Assembly (NCBI RefSeq): GCF_002113885.1 | Contig: NW_018408827.1 | Coordinates: 105,553-169,552 of the forward strand | Direction of reading: 5' to 3' | Length of the DNA: 64,000 nt | DNA from: Mizuhopecten yessoensis | Taxonomy: Eukaryota | Shown here: one piece after another, positions 27,301 through 38,273 of the stretch | Layout: every line of letters begins with the position of its first letter | Position numbering within the stretch: position 1 is the first letter of the stretch | Notes under the pieces: model-generated | What the model was told of the DNA's origin: nothing | Seen by the model: only the letters and a program-made list of their open reading frames with translations | Databases searched by the model: none | Made by a program: the position numbers and the translations under genes

Positions 27301-30300
27301 ACATAAGTTCCCTTTTATGCATTTAGAGACTGATTCGAGGACCAAAATGGTCGTCATTCAGCAATCATCGATTTTGACAATTACAATTTGCTATCTTTAT
27401 TTTTTCAAGAAGTTTACAGATATTTTTGAAATTTTGATATGTATTGGTCTTCAGAAATGTGTGATCGATCAACACACCATATTACAATAATTAAGATTAT
27501 TTTCAATTTTACAATGCATGTTACACATTATTACAGTGACCGTTCAGGAATAGGTTTTGCTCCAAGGTAACAGAACAGGTAAATTTAAATAACAATTTTT
27601 GACCAGAGTTTTACCTGGCCTGTGCCTGACACATAGAGTTGATATGTAATACCGTATGACCGTTATGAGAACACAACTGGACGTTTAGTATTTGTTATTT
27701 GCATTCGGTTTGGCCTATAGCTCCCCTTCACCTGGAATTTTACACCCCGACGAGTTACGTTAGTGCCCCGGGTGAGGAAAACTGCGGTCCGGGTACCTGT
27801 ACAAAGTGGCTACATTTTTTTTTTATGTTAACCTGTATACAGTACTGTGTTGTAATTTTGCATGTGTCGATTAAGGTCGTTTAAAAAACACCGAAAACAC
27901 CATTTCTAAATCTAAGAAAGTATAAACAGAAAGATAATTTTATAGATGTAACTAGAATATAGAAACATACTTAAAAATCAAGTTTTTCTGTTTAAACACG
28001 AAACTGTTTATATTATTAAGCCATTCCTCAATTTACACCAACCACGATTGCTATTGCACAACGTTCGTCCATCGTGCGCACAAACGTACACCCATCGTTC
28101 GTACACCACACATCGTGTAACGTTGTGTGATCACACAACTGTAAGAGTACATGCATTCATTTGACTCTACTACTTCACCTGATATGTTGATTTCGTTTGA
28201 GGCACATGGTCAATTACAAGTAGCAATGCTTCACAAAATGAAGGTTTTTTCCCTTTGATTTGGTTTTTAAAGTAAATTCTTTTTAAGCATCTTTGGCGCG
28301 GCGACTTTGTATTTGTAAGTAGCTTCCTACGATGCAGATCGACAAAGTCTGCGAAAAAAATACTGTATTTTAAAGCTTTTGAACAGCAATGACCAGTATT
28401 CGTGATTAAACTATTTAAATTGCTTTTCTTTTTAACAAAACAGAGTCATGACGTTTAGCAAGCAGCTTGTTGGCCTTGAATCCTATTTAAGTCCGCTAAC
28501 TTAAAACGACTTTAAGGGGCTAGAGGCGTCCCATGCAAAGGAACCTTGAAAATGAATGATTTTGACTCGCTGAGATTGTGTCTAATAACTGAACGGCATG
28601 GGGTACTAAACAGTTTGCTAAACAATATAATCTCGATCTATGTTCATGGTTACAAGGGACAAATTTGATCCTTTTTTAAAAATAAAATAACGTTGGCAGA
28701 ACTAAGTCCTATTTTCAGAACATTTGGCTGGTTACACTTCTTCGCATTGAATACTACGACGTTTACATGAAGGAGATAACTTTTCTTATATTCAGGACCA
28801 CGTTGGTCAAATCTATTAAAGCCTAAACTATTTCTTCTGGATAGTCAAGAGGCATTGAAAATTGTAAGGGCTACCAGTTTGTTCAAAAAGAATAACCTTG
28901 ACTCACGTTCAGGGTCAATTTCAATCATTGTATACCCTGATGACAGCACGCTTATCAGACTGCAACATGTCGTCCACCAGGTAAAAACTTAGAAACAGGC
29001 TTCAACGTTTGGTACGTGTGATTTCTACATTCATGTCTCAATTACAGAGGACACTGTGTATTTTAAGGCATTCTCCTATAACCAAGGAGATGAACTACAA
29101 CACGTTGTGGACTTACTGGATATTGGTTGTTTAAGGTTTCGTATAAATACAGTTGTGGGACCGCACAACGCACCAAAAATAGCGTGCGCACACCGTGCAT
29201 ACATCGTTCACACACCGTCCGCACATCGTCCACACATGGTGCGCACAACTGTGCGATTTAGCAATCGTTCGCCCCGTTGTGCGCTTCTCTCTGCACAACT
29301 GTGCGATTTGGTATCATTTTTAGATCAAAATTCCGGAATGACAAAAATACGGCTTGTATGCGATAATGTACACTGTGTATATATCTGTAATTTCTCATCA
29401 CAATAATCAAGATTATACAATTTCACAATGCGTGTTACACAGTATTACAGCGACCGTAAGACTGTCAAGAATGGGTTTGGCTCCAAGGTAACAGAACAGG
29501 TAAATAACAATTCCACGAGTGTCCGGAGTTTTACCTGACCTGTGCCTGACACACAGAGCTGATATGCGATACCGTTTGACCGTAATGAATAGTATTTGTT
29601 ATTTGCATTCGTTTGCCTATAGCTCCCCTTCACCTGGATTTTCACACCCGCGGCCTTACCCGACAAGTTACGTAAATGCACCAGGCGGGGGAAAACTACG
29701 GTCCAGGTACATGTACAAAGTGGTTATGTTTACCTGTATACGGGATTGTGTTGTAATTTTACATGTGTCGATTAAGTTTGTTAAAAAACACAGAAAACAA
29801 AATTTCTAAATATAAGAATAAATAGGCAGAAAGATAAGTTTATAGATGTTGCTAGAATATAGAAACATACGTAAACATCAAGTTTATATGTTTAAACACG
29901 AAACCGTATAAATTGTTAAGGCATTCCTCAATTTACACCAACCACGATTGTTATCGCACAACGTCCGTCCATCGTGCGCACATATGTGCGCAAGCAATGA
30001 TCGTTCAGCTTTTTATCGTTCGCCCATCGTGCACACACCGTTCACACACCGTGCACACATCGTGCACACACCGCACATCGTGTAACGTTGTGCGATCCCA
30101 CAACTGTACCACTCACTATGTACGTATTTGTATTTGCACCAGTTCAACCCTGCTGTTCCACTATCGCCAGACGAACCTGGGTTTGTGAAGAACCCGACAT
30201 TGTCCGATAGAATCCACTGTGTTGCATTTGTCCTGGATGGTAGTACTGTGGATGTCATCCCACAGAAAGTGATGAAGCGAATCAAGTCCATGCAATTGCG

Positions 30301-31940
30301 AATGAATCAGAGAGGTAAATTTAGCCATATGATCGAGGGTTCTCAATGTAATTCACAAAGGGGAGAATTTATTTGTTGCGTGTATTTCTTGTAAAACTGC
30401 TAAATATATGTGCATATTTATATAATTTTCGTCTTGAGGATACGCATGTATTTAAAAATGAAATAAAGTTTGAAGATCAGTTAACCATTTGCAAGGGCAT
30501 TTGAACTGATCATGAAGTAGCAACCGTCTCGCCCAAACTTCTCCAAATAACCAAGAGGCATATAGGTTCATAACATTTTTCTGTAACATGCTGCATGACG
30601 AGATGTAAAGTTTGTTTAATAAATTACACTTCACAGCCGTCAAGGTTAAATGATTTAAATGAAACAAAACCTTTCAACAAACTTCTGAATAATCTAGAGA
30701 CCTTTAGTCATGCTGTTTTGCCGATAGCTTGATGGTTTAAAGGGCCGGCTGTGCAAAGTTTTTAAATGAATAGACGTTATTTACTTGCTAGGTCAGAGTG
30801 GTTAGTTTCGTCTAAAATACTTCAAATGGTTTCTGTTAAAATCCATAATACCTAGAATAATGAGATATTGCTTATTGCTTGCTGGGGAAATGGACCATTC
30901 GTTGTTTCAAGGAATTGACCCTGACCAACATTTTAGGTTGCATGAGTACTAAGGTACTGTAGGTAATCATGTAGTAGCATTATACCACTGTGGTCCAAAA
31001 TTATGGTTATAAAGGATAACCATACATATTCACAAATTTATACCGATTTGTATCTGCTTTATAAGATTAATGACAACTGACAAATAGCAACACTATTTAA
31101 GATACATCGTTTTCTTAAAAAATCCAGGAAATTCACAAAAATATATGTAAAGATATCAAACTTTGGACATTGCTTAAAGACTAGCCAGACAAAGTAAAAT
31201 AAATGATAGTCACTGGTGTTGGATGAGTAAGACGAGGAGTTGTGACAGACATTACCTAAATAAAAACAATTCCTTGCCCATGTGTTTATGTAGTTCATGA
31301 CAATCTTATAAAAAGTAATAGTAGTTTGGCATTAAGTAGTATACATTTAGCTGTTTACTAAGGCTATGCCGACTTCATATTGCTATCTCACTGAAATTCC
31401 ATGCCAAAGGCACCCATCACAGCATTCTGCCCGATCATATTATACTGGAAATGGGTTAATTAGTTGTTGCCATTTCCCTATTTACTAAACGTCAAGCAGG
31501 GAATAACAACTACCATTTTGTATCGATGTCATATCTTCATTGTGCAGTCATCTTAACGAATTTATTGAAACTTGTTCTTTACAGGGATTCCCCAGGTTGT
31601 GCTTCTGACGAAAATCGACACAATATGTGAGGAGATCTCAAATGACATCAGCAAAGTGTTTTTCAGTCCAAGGATGAACGACTGTGTGGACAGGGTCGCC
31701 ATGGTCATGGGGCTGCCCAGGTCGCACATACTTCCTGTCAAAAACTACGAATGTGAGGTAGAGCTTGATCAGAACATTAACATTCTGTCACTTCTCAGCC
31801 TCAGACGAATTCTCAATTTCGCTGACGACAACCTGTACAACGAACTGAATGAGATTAAGGCTGGCAAGACGTATAGATTAAGTATAGTTTTGATATTGTT
31901 GTTTATATCTTTTTACTCATTTGTGGCGATACTGATATAA
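21343..31940 (+). CDS. IFI44L: Interferon-induced protein 44-like (TLDc + P-loop GTPase-like), copy A, ~504 aa
   Basis: Coding exons 21343-21877 (TLDc: LLYKISRDG, AFLFRL, PTFG, EVYSV), 23101-23207, 24264-24461 (G1 GQVGSGKS), 26233-26379 (G3 DTRG), 30143-30314 (IHCVAFVLDG) and 31585-31940 (G4-like TKID). All are GT-AG and phase-consistent, totalling 1515 nt. The symbol denotes family, not 1:1 orthology. Confidence 0.9.
22400..22900. repeat. Degenerate 22-bp minisatellite (~22 copies) in copy A intron
   Basis: Unit approximately ataacaaggtaataaccacgcg. Confidence 0.85.
27484..28141 (+). mobile_element. 5'-truncated copy of the ~0.95-kb TA-flanked MITE
   Basis: Aligns to 29400-30106 and ends in the same TIR (…cacacaactg) followed by TA. 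Confidence 0.8.
29150..30106 (+). mobile_element. Non-autonomous Tc1/mariner-like DNA transposon (MITE), 957 bp
   Basis: TIRs cagttgtgggaccgcacaacg / cgttgtgcgatcccacaactg, with TA on both sides (29148-29149, 30107-30108). Further copies at 27484-28141 and 36271-37173. No transposase ORF. Confidence 0.88.
31370..31520 (-). mobile_element. SINE fragment (same family as 15708-16050)
   Basis: tctcactgaaattccatgccaaaggcacccatcac…cattatactg matches 15864-15930. Confidence 0.6.
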
Positions 31941-32671
31941 AGGTCCGCTTTAACAGTTAGGTGACCGCACTATTCACCAAAAAATTAGTGCGTACAATAT
32001 TGTTATCAACAAAACGTGGAGTTAAGAGGAGTTTAATAACCATTGGTATTTGACAGTAATTTACGGAGTTACGTCCCTTTTTTTCAATTGCTGAAATCAA
32101 TTGCTCGATATGTCGAGTATTTTGCAACGTATTTAATTCAAACATCATAGAAAAGATAATTGCCAAAAGAGCTCGAATAATTTCAATAATCATTATTATC
32201 AGACACAGTTTTCTGAGTAATGCCCCTTTATTTAATTGCTGAACAGTGCCCCTTGATGTATCGAGTAATTTACAATGAATTAACCACAAGCTCCATAGGA
32301 ATTATAACTACATATGTACCATGAGTTCTCAAAAAAACCACAATTATCTACAAATGTAACTGTAATTTACTGAGGTATGCCAATTTAATCACTTACTGAA
32401 CAGTGTCCCCTCGATAAACATATTTCGAGTTATTTACAATGGATTTACTACATACTTCATATGAGGTTATTGGCCATGATAGCTTGGTTGGATAAGCACT
32501 ATCATCTGATTGCAATTTACGGTGTTAACCCCTTTACGTTAATTATTTTGACCAGTACTATTTGAGGCTTAATCATCGTAACATTTTTTCAAAGTGATTA
32601 GCGGTGCAAGTTATCGAATAACGTCTCTAAATTCAGCAAACGCTGACCGTCCACGATCCCTAGCCCTCGAG

Positions 32672-32828
32672 TACTTGGTCACGGGTTCGAGGCCTACGTA
32701 TGGCCGTCGCAAGATAATGACCGCAGGTCGGTAATTTTTCTCTGGGTACTTCGGTTTTCCTCCACCACCGAAACCTCGCACGTCCTTAAATGACCATAAC
32801 AGTTATTAGGACGTAAACACAAACAATC
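32672..32828 (+). mobile_element. tRNA-derived SINE (V-domain-like)
   Basis: B-box-like gggttcgag, a central tttctctgggtacttcggttttcctccacc resembling the V-SINE domain, and the tail gtccttaaatgacc…aggacgtaaacacaaacaa. Confidence 0.65.
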
Positions 32829-34960
32829 ATAAATTCTTGTACTGTCATCACGAACGTATCAAGCTGAAGCAGTGACCAAAAACGATGGATCCAACGAGGT
32901 TACTCATTTTACATAATGTCTTCAATGCAATCATTTATTTAATCCAGAATATTTCGAAAATATTTAATAGATTCACTTTATATTTAGGTTTGATGTGGAC
33001 GACATCAATACGCATATTTTTTGCAGGAAACATTTTGATCTGACCAGGTCAAATTTTGAGTTGTATTTAGGGTTCAATTTTCATGTTTGTTATTTCAGGG
33101 TAACAACTTAAAAAAGTTTTTTCTAACGTTCTACAAGGTTTAGGGTCTTGCTATCTAATATGTAACATGCTCAGGTAATAAGCAATCAAGTAAGTAAAAC
33201 AGATTGACTTTAATAAATTTTCAAGATCGCAGAGGTCAAATGAATAAAAAAGTTCAGATTTCTGTAAACCAGAATTTTTAAAATAGTTTAAGGTATTTAC
33301 AATATATTCTGGTGCGATGTGCAGAACGCCAATGCACATATTTATTTTCATGAATTTTTTTTGTGCCAAAGGTAAATTTTCGGTTTTCGATAGGGGTCAA
33401 ATTTCAAATGTGCTATTTCAAGATAGCATCTTTGAAACAAAAACTTCTCCTGAAGTCCTACAACGCCAGAGTCTTGATACTGTATTTAAAATAGGAAGAG
33501 GACAAGGTTCGTAATATTTAGCAAAGAGAATTCATAAATGAAGATATTTAACGTGATTTAAATGAATTACCTTCAAATACATTAAATGTGAATTTAACAA
33601 TGACTGCCAAAATTCAACTTACAATTTACAATTTTGGAATTATTTCAATACTTTCAGTACTTTGATTTTTATTAACGAAAAATAGAGCTTACTTTCAGTA
33701 GTATGGTTTACATAAAGCTTTTTTCTTCACAGAGGGTTAAGACCATGATGTTCAACAAGGGTTTGTAATCAAAGACCAAATCAGTCCTAACAGTGAAATG
33801 CCCGTCAAATTCTTATAAAAAAAAATATGTTCTACTACTTGATGTGAGTTTTTTTTTATAAATGTTCAGTACTATATGCATTTGTCCTATATTATACAAT
33901 GATTTCAATGTAATAACAGTTTTCATTAGTTTATTACCATCGATTATTGGACGATAGACCATGAGTGCGCGTGAATTATTTTCCAACCGACCAACGCTCT
34001 CTAAAAATCAAAATCAAATGCATCGGTAAACAAGTAAGTCGCAGAATAGGTTTTATTTGTCAAATGAGGCCGGGTATCTGTAATTAATTTTGTATGTATT
34101 TGAAGTTTTGCTAATGTTCAAACAGAGAAATCTATTTGACCTCTAAATCTAATTAAAACCTGTCAAGCTCATGGTCAGAATGTTCCGCTGCACTGACTGC
34201 GAAGGTGATTTGAAATAGTGTTTGCAAATGATTTTATGAGTGACGAGCAATGTCGATATAGATTGGTGGCTTTGATTGATTGCAATAAACATCTGGCATA
34301 AAGCATGACGTCTGTGTTGATTATTTATCGTCTGACGACCTAATGACGACTAAAATTAAAAACATCATTCTCAAACATACACAGGTTAAATAGACATAAT
34401 AGGACAACTGCACGCAGTGTCAAAACTGATAAAAACGCGCAGCTTGTGATGAACTGAAGACATATAGGCATCACATGACAAAAGCGCGCGCAAAAGAACC
34501 TTATTTAGATTATTAGATTATCTAGGTCACGTTGCTTATCAAAGGCGTAGAGACACTGAAGTTGGCACTAAAGATACTTTCGTTACATTTTGCATCGATA
34601 TCATAGTTATTGTCAACATATGCTTGTTCAATATTGTGGAATATATAACTCGGGATGCCAGAGTACAAGCAAACTTTATTCAATATTTTTCCAACATTTT
34701 CTCATCCTCGCTATAACTTCCACCAAATACACGTACATAAGTTGATTATATCTAAAAAAAAAAAACGACTACGTGATAATGACTGAAGTAGAGCGGACTT
34801 TGCACATTTTTAAGCGGCGGGTGTTTAGGTTTCATGTCCTTTTTCTTGACAGATGTCATAATGTCATACATAATGAATATATAAGCATTGGGTATTTAGA
34901 AAATAGTAGTTGATTAACAAAGCAAATATACACATGTGAATTAAGCGTCCGTTTCATACG

Positions 34961-37359
34961 TTTTTAGGTCACCTGAGCTTTGCTCAAGTGACCTATTCTG
35001 ATCGCATTTCGTCCGTCGTCGTCCGTCGTGCGTAAACTTTTTACATTGTCGACTTCTTCTCAGGAACCAAAGGATCATTTTTTTCAAACTTGATCAGAAT
35101 CATCCTTGGTAGATTAGGCTACAAAATTGTAAAATTTGGATTCCTACCCCAACCCCAGGGGCCAGGGAGGGGTCCCAAAGGGAAAATTAATCAATATTTC
35201 AAAAATCTTCTTCTCCAGACTCAGAGGTACTACAGTCAATTTCTCTGCATGGATGGAAAGATCAGCAAGGGCTTTATGTAAATTAAAAAATTCAGTACCC
35301 CGGGCTACCCGTTCTCCCTTGGGGAGGGGGTCACGTTTACTATAGTTTATATAGAGAAATAACACTTTTGGGTATATTTTGTCAATTGTCAGTAGGAAAT
35401 TATTCTTGACTGGTAAGAATCATCCTTGGAGGAAGACGGTATCAAATTGTAAAATTGGGATTTCTGCCCAAAACCCAGGGGCCAGGGCGGGGTCCCAAAG
35501 GGAAAAGTAACCAATATTTCAAAAACCTTCTTCTTGAGACTCAGAGGTACTTCAGTCAATTTCCCTGCATGAATGGAAAGACCATCAAAGGATTTATGTA
35601 AATTGTAAATTTTAGTTCCCCCGGGCTATCCGTTCTCCCTAGGGAAATAACACTTTTTGACATATTTTGTCAATTTTTAGCTGGAAATGATTAATACTTG
35701 GTTAGAATGATTATGATGCCAGATGGCAATTAGATGGTACAAAATGTAGGAGAAAATCAGATCCTGCCACATCCCCAGGGGCTGGAGGAGTGGGGCCTAA
35801 ATGGAGTAAATGGTTAAAAAGTTCAAAAATCTTCTTCATCAGACTCATATGTGTAACAAACAAATATCTTCATGGATAGAAAGGTCCTTGGGTGCATTAT
35901 CTATTTGAAAAAATGATATTTGTCCTTGCCCTATGGCTGGAGAGGTGGGGCCAAAAGGGGGAAATGGCTGATATTTTTAAAAAAAATGCACTCAGGTGGT
36001 AGAAGATTCATATTTCTTTTTTGGGATGCACATTTAGGTACATTATATAAACTGTTAGTTATTTTACCCTTTGGTCATCTGTTCTCCTTGGTTTATATAG
36101 GGAAATAACACTTCTGACTATATCTTGTCCATTTTCAGCAAGAAATAATTCAAACTTGATTGAAATAGTTATAATGAAATTGAAATCAATAAGTATCAGA
36201 AACTAAGATCCTGTCCTATCCCTGGGGTTGGCCAGAGAGGAATATTGGCTAAATAACAATAGATATTATACAGTTGTGGGATCGCACAACGTTACACGAT
36301 GCACGAAGTGCGAACGATAAAAAATTGGACGATCAATGCTTGCGCACATTTGTGCGGACTATGGACGAACGTTGTGCGATAACAATCGTGGTTGGTGTAA
36401 ATTGAGGAATACTTGAACAGCATATACGGTTTCGTACATGTTTTTAAACACATAGACCTGATTATTTATTATGTTTATACATTCTAGCTACATCTATCAG
36501 CTTATCTTTCTGTCTATACTTTCTTAAATTTAGAAATGGTGTTTTCGGTGTTTTTTAAACAACCTAAATCGACACATGTAAAATTACAACACAGTCTTGG
36601 CGATACAGGTCAACAAAGCTACTTTGTACCTGTTCCTGGACCGTAGTTATCCTCACCCGGGACACTTACGTAACTCGCCAAGGTGTGAAAACCAGGTGAA
36701 TGGGAGCTATAGACCAAAACGAATGCAAATAACAAATACTACACGTCCAGTTATGTTTTCATAACGGTCATACGGTATCACATATCAGCTCTTTGTGTCA
36801 GGCACAGGCCAGGTAAAACTCCGGTCACTCATCAAATTGTTATTTACCTGTTCTGTTATCTAGGAGCGAAACCCATTCTTGACAGTCTAACGGTCACTGT
36901 AACACTGCGTAACACGCATTGTAAAAGCGTACATAATCTTAATTATTGTGATGAGAAATTACAGTAATATATACAGTGTACGAGCCTTCCGTATTTTTTT
37001 CATTCCGTAATATTGATCAACAAATTGTACCAAATCGCACAGTTGTGCGGAGAAAAGCGCACAACGGGGCGAAAGATTGTTAAATCGCACAGTTGTGCGC
37101 ACCATGTGTGGACGATGTGCGGACGTTGTGTGAACGATGTATGCACGATGTGCGTTGTGCGGTCACACAACTGTATTTCTCAATAGCAAAATAATGTATT
37201 TGAATAGTTTTTAGAGTTCTTATCTTTTGATGACATGACAAGTATTGTATTTTACTTTGTTTACATGTTGATTTCCACATCACATCTAAACAATAAAATA
37301 AAGCTACCAGTACCTATGCTATAACTCAGGTGACCGCTGAGGCCATTGGGCCTCTTGTT
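34961..37359 (+). mobile_element. Helentron-associated interspersed element (HINE)-like repeat with internal tandem repeats and a nested MITE
   Basis: Starts tttttaggtcacctgag and has the subterminal inverse ctcaggtgacc at 37325-37335. It has a (gtc/gtcc) microsatellite at ~35011, internal repeats (ttcaaaaatcttcttc at ~35198, 35518, 35822) and a 3' palindrome gaggccattgggcctc followed by ttgtt. Confidence 0.8.
36271..37173 (-). mobile_element. TA-flanked MITE, inverted copy of 29150-30106, nested in the HINE
   Basis: Same TIRs, TA at 36269-36270 and 37174-37175; the internal sequence is the reverse complement of the 29150 copy. Confidence 0.88.
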
Positions 37360-38127
37360 CTTTAAAAATATATATCGTTAAAACATATACCAAAACCACG
37401 AGATCAGATAAGATTTGCTGTCTCAGTCCCTGACAAAATACGTCAAATGAATAGCTATAGACTAAACGAGTATTCGTATATTTCAAAGATGTATTTGATA
37501 AGCATTAACAAAACTACGGCAGTTTCATATATATGTTGATCAATTATGCAACTTACAGTAAAGAGCAATTTCGAGTAAAGCTCAATCACTGATTGATTTG
37601 CTTTATTCATTAGTGATTTCGATTTCGACCCATAAGATGCAGACATGCTAAGTGTGCTTGAATACAAATTAAACTAATGGTGTTACTATGACGTCATACT
37701 ATATTAGGCAAAATGATCGGGAGTGATCACATTTTATCTCAACTGTCAACGTAAAATGATGCGAGAGCCTTATCTAAACTCAAAGAAGATCAGTATAAAC
37801 AACATGACAGTTACCGTAGTGACAACAGACCATATGTAGCCGATACAATCATAGAGATGTAGGGATGTATTGCGTAAACTTAATTAGCAACGGCAATGAT
37901 AACATACTAGAAAAATCAACGATATTTCAAAAAACGAGGCATCGCTGACCGCATAACAGCGATAGGTGAACATAATACAACAATCTAAGCAATGTTTTTT
38001 TACATTTAATCATGCTAAGAATAGTTTATACAGTCTGCTCTACCAGTTTATTTATTGATAAAACAGACGTTGTAGACATTTTTATTGTCACCAGTGTCGC
38101 AGAGATTGTCATACATTGTATACATAT

Positions 38128-38273
38128 GCAAGACCAAACGAATCAGAAAGCACGAGTTTATTGCGCGGACGAATATATTAACGGGTGCGCGGAGCGCACG
38201 AGTGAATATATACGTCCGCGCAATAAATGAGTGCTTTCTGATTCGTTAGAAAAACACAAGTGTGTGGTCTTGC
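38128..38273. repeat. Long imperfect palindrome (core of a foldback element)
   Basis: aacgaatcagaaagcac…tttattgcgcggacg…gtgcgc-gga-gcgcac…cgtccgcgcaataaa…gtgctttctgattcgtt (38137-38247), plus the outer pair gcaagacca/tggtcttgc. Confidence 0.85.

Noticed and set aside
33023-34191. Possible TIR pair (tgcaggaaacattttgatc / ggtcagaatgttccgctgca)
   Set aside because: Too degenerate, and no target-site duplication was seen.
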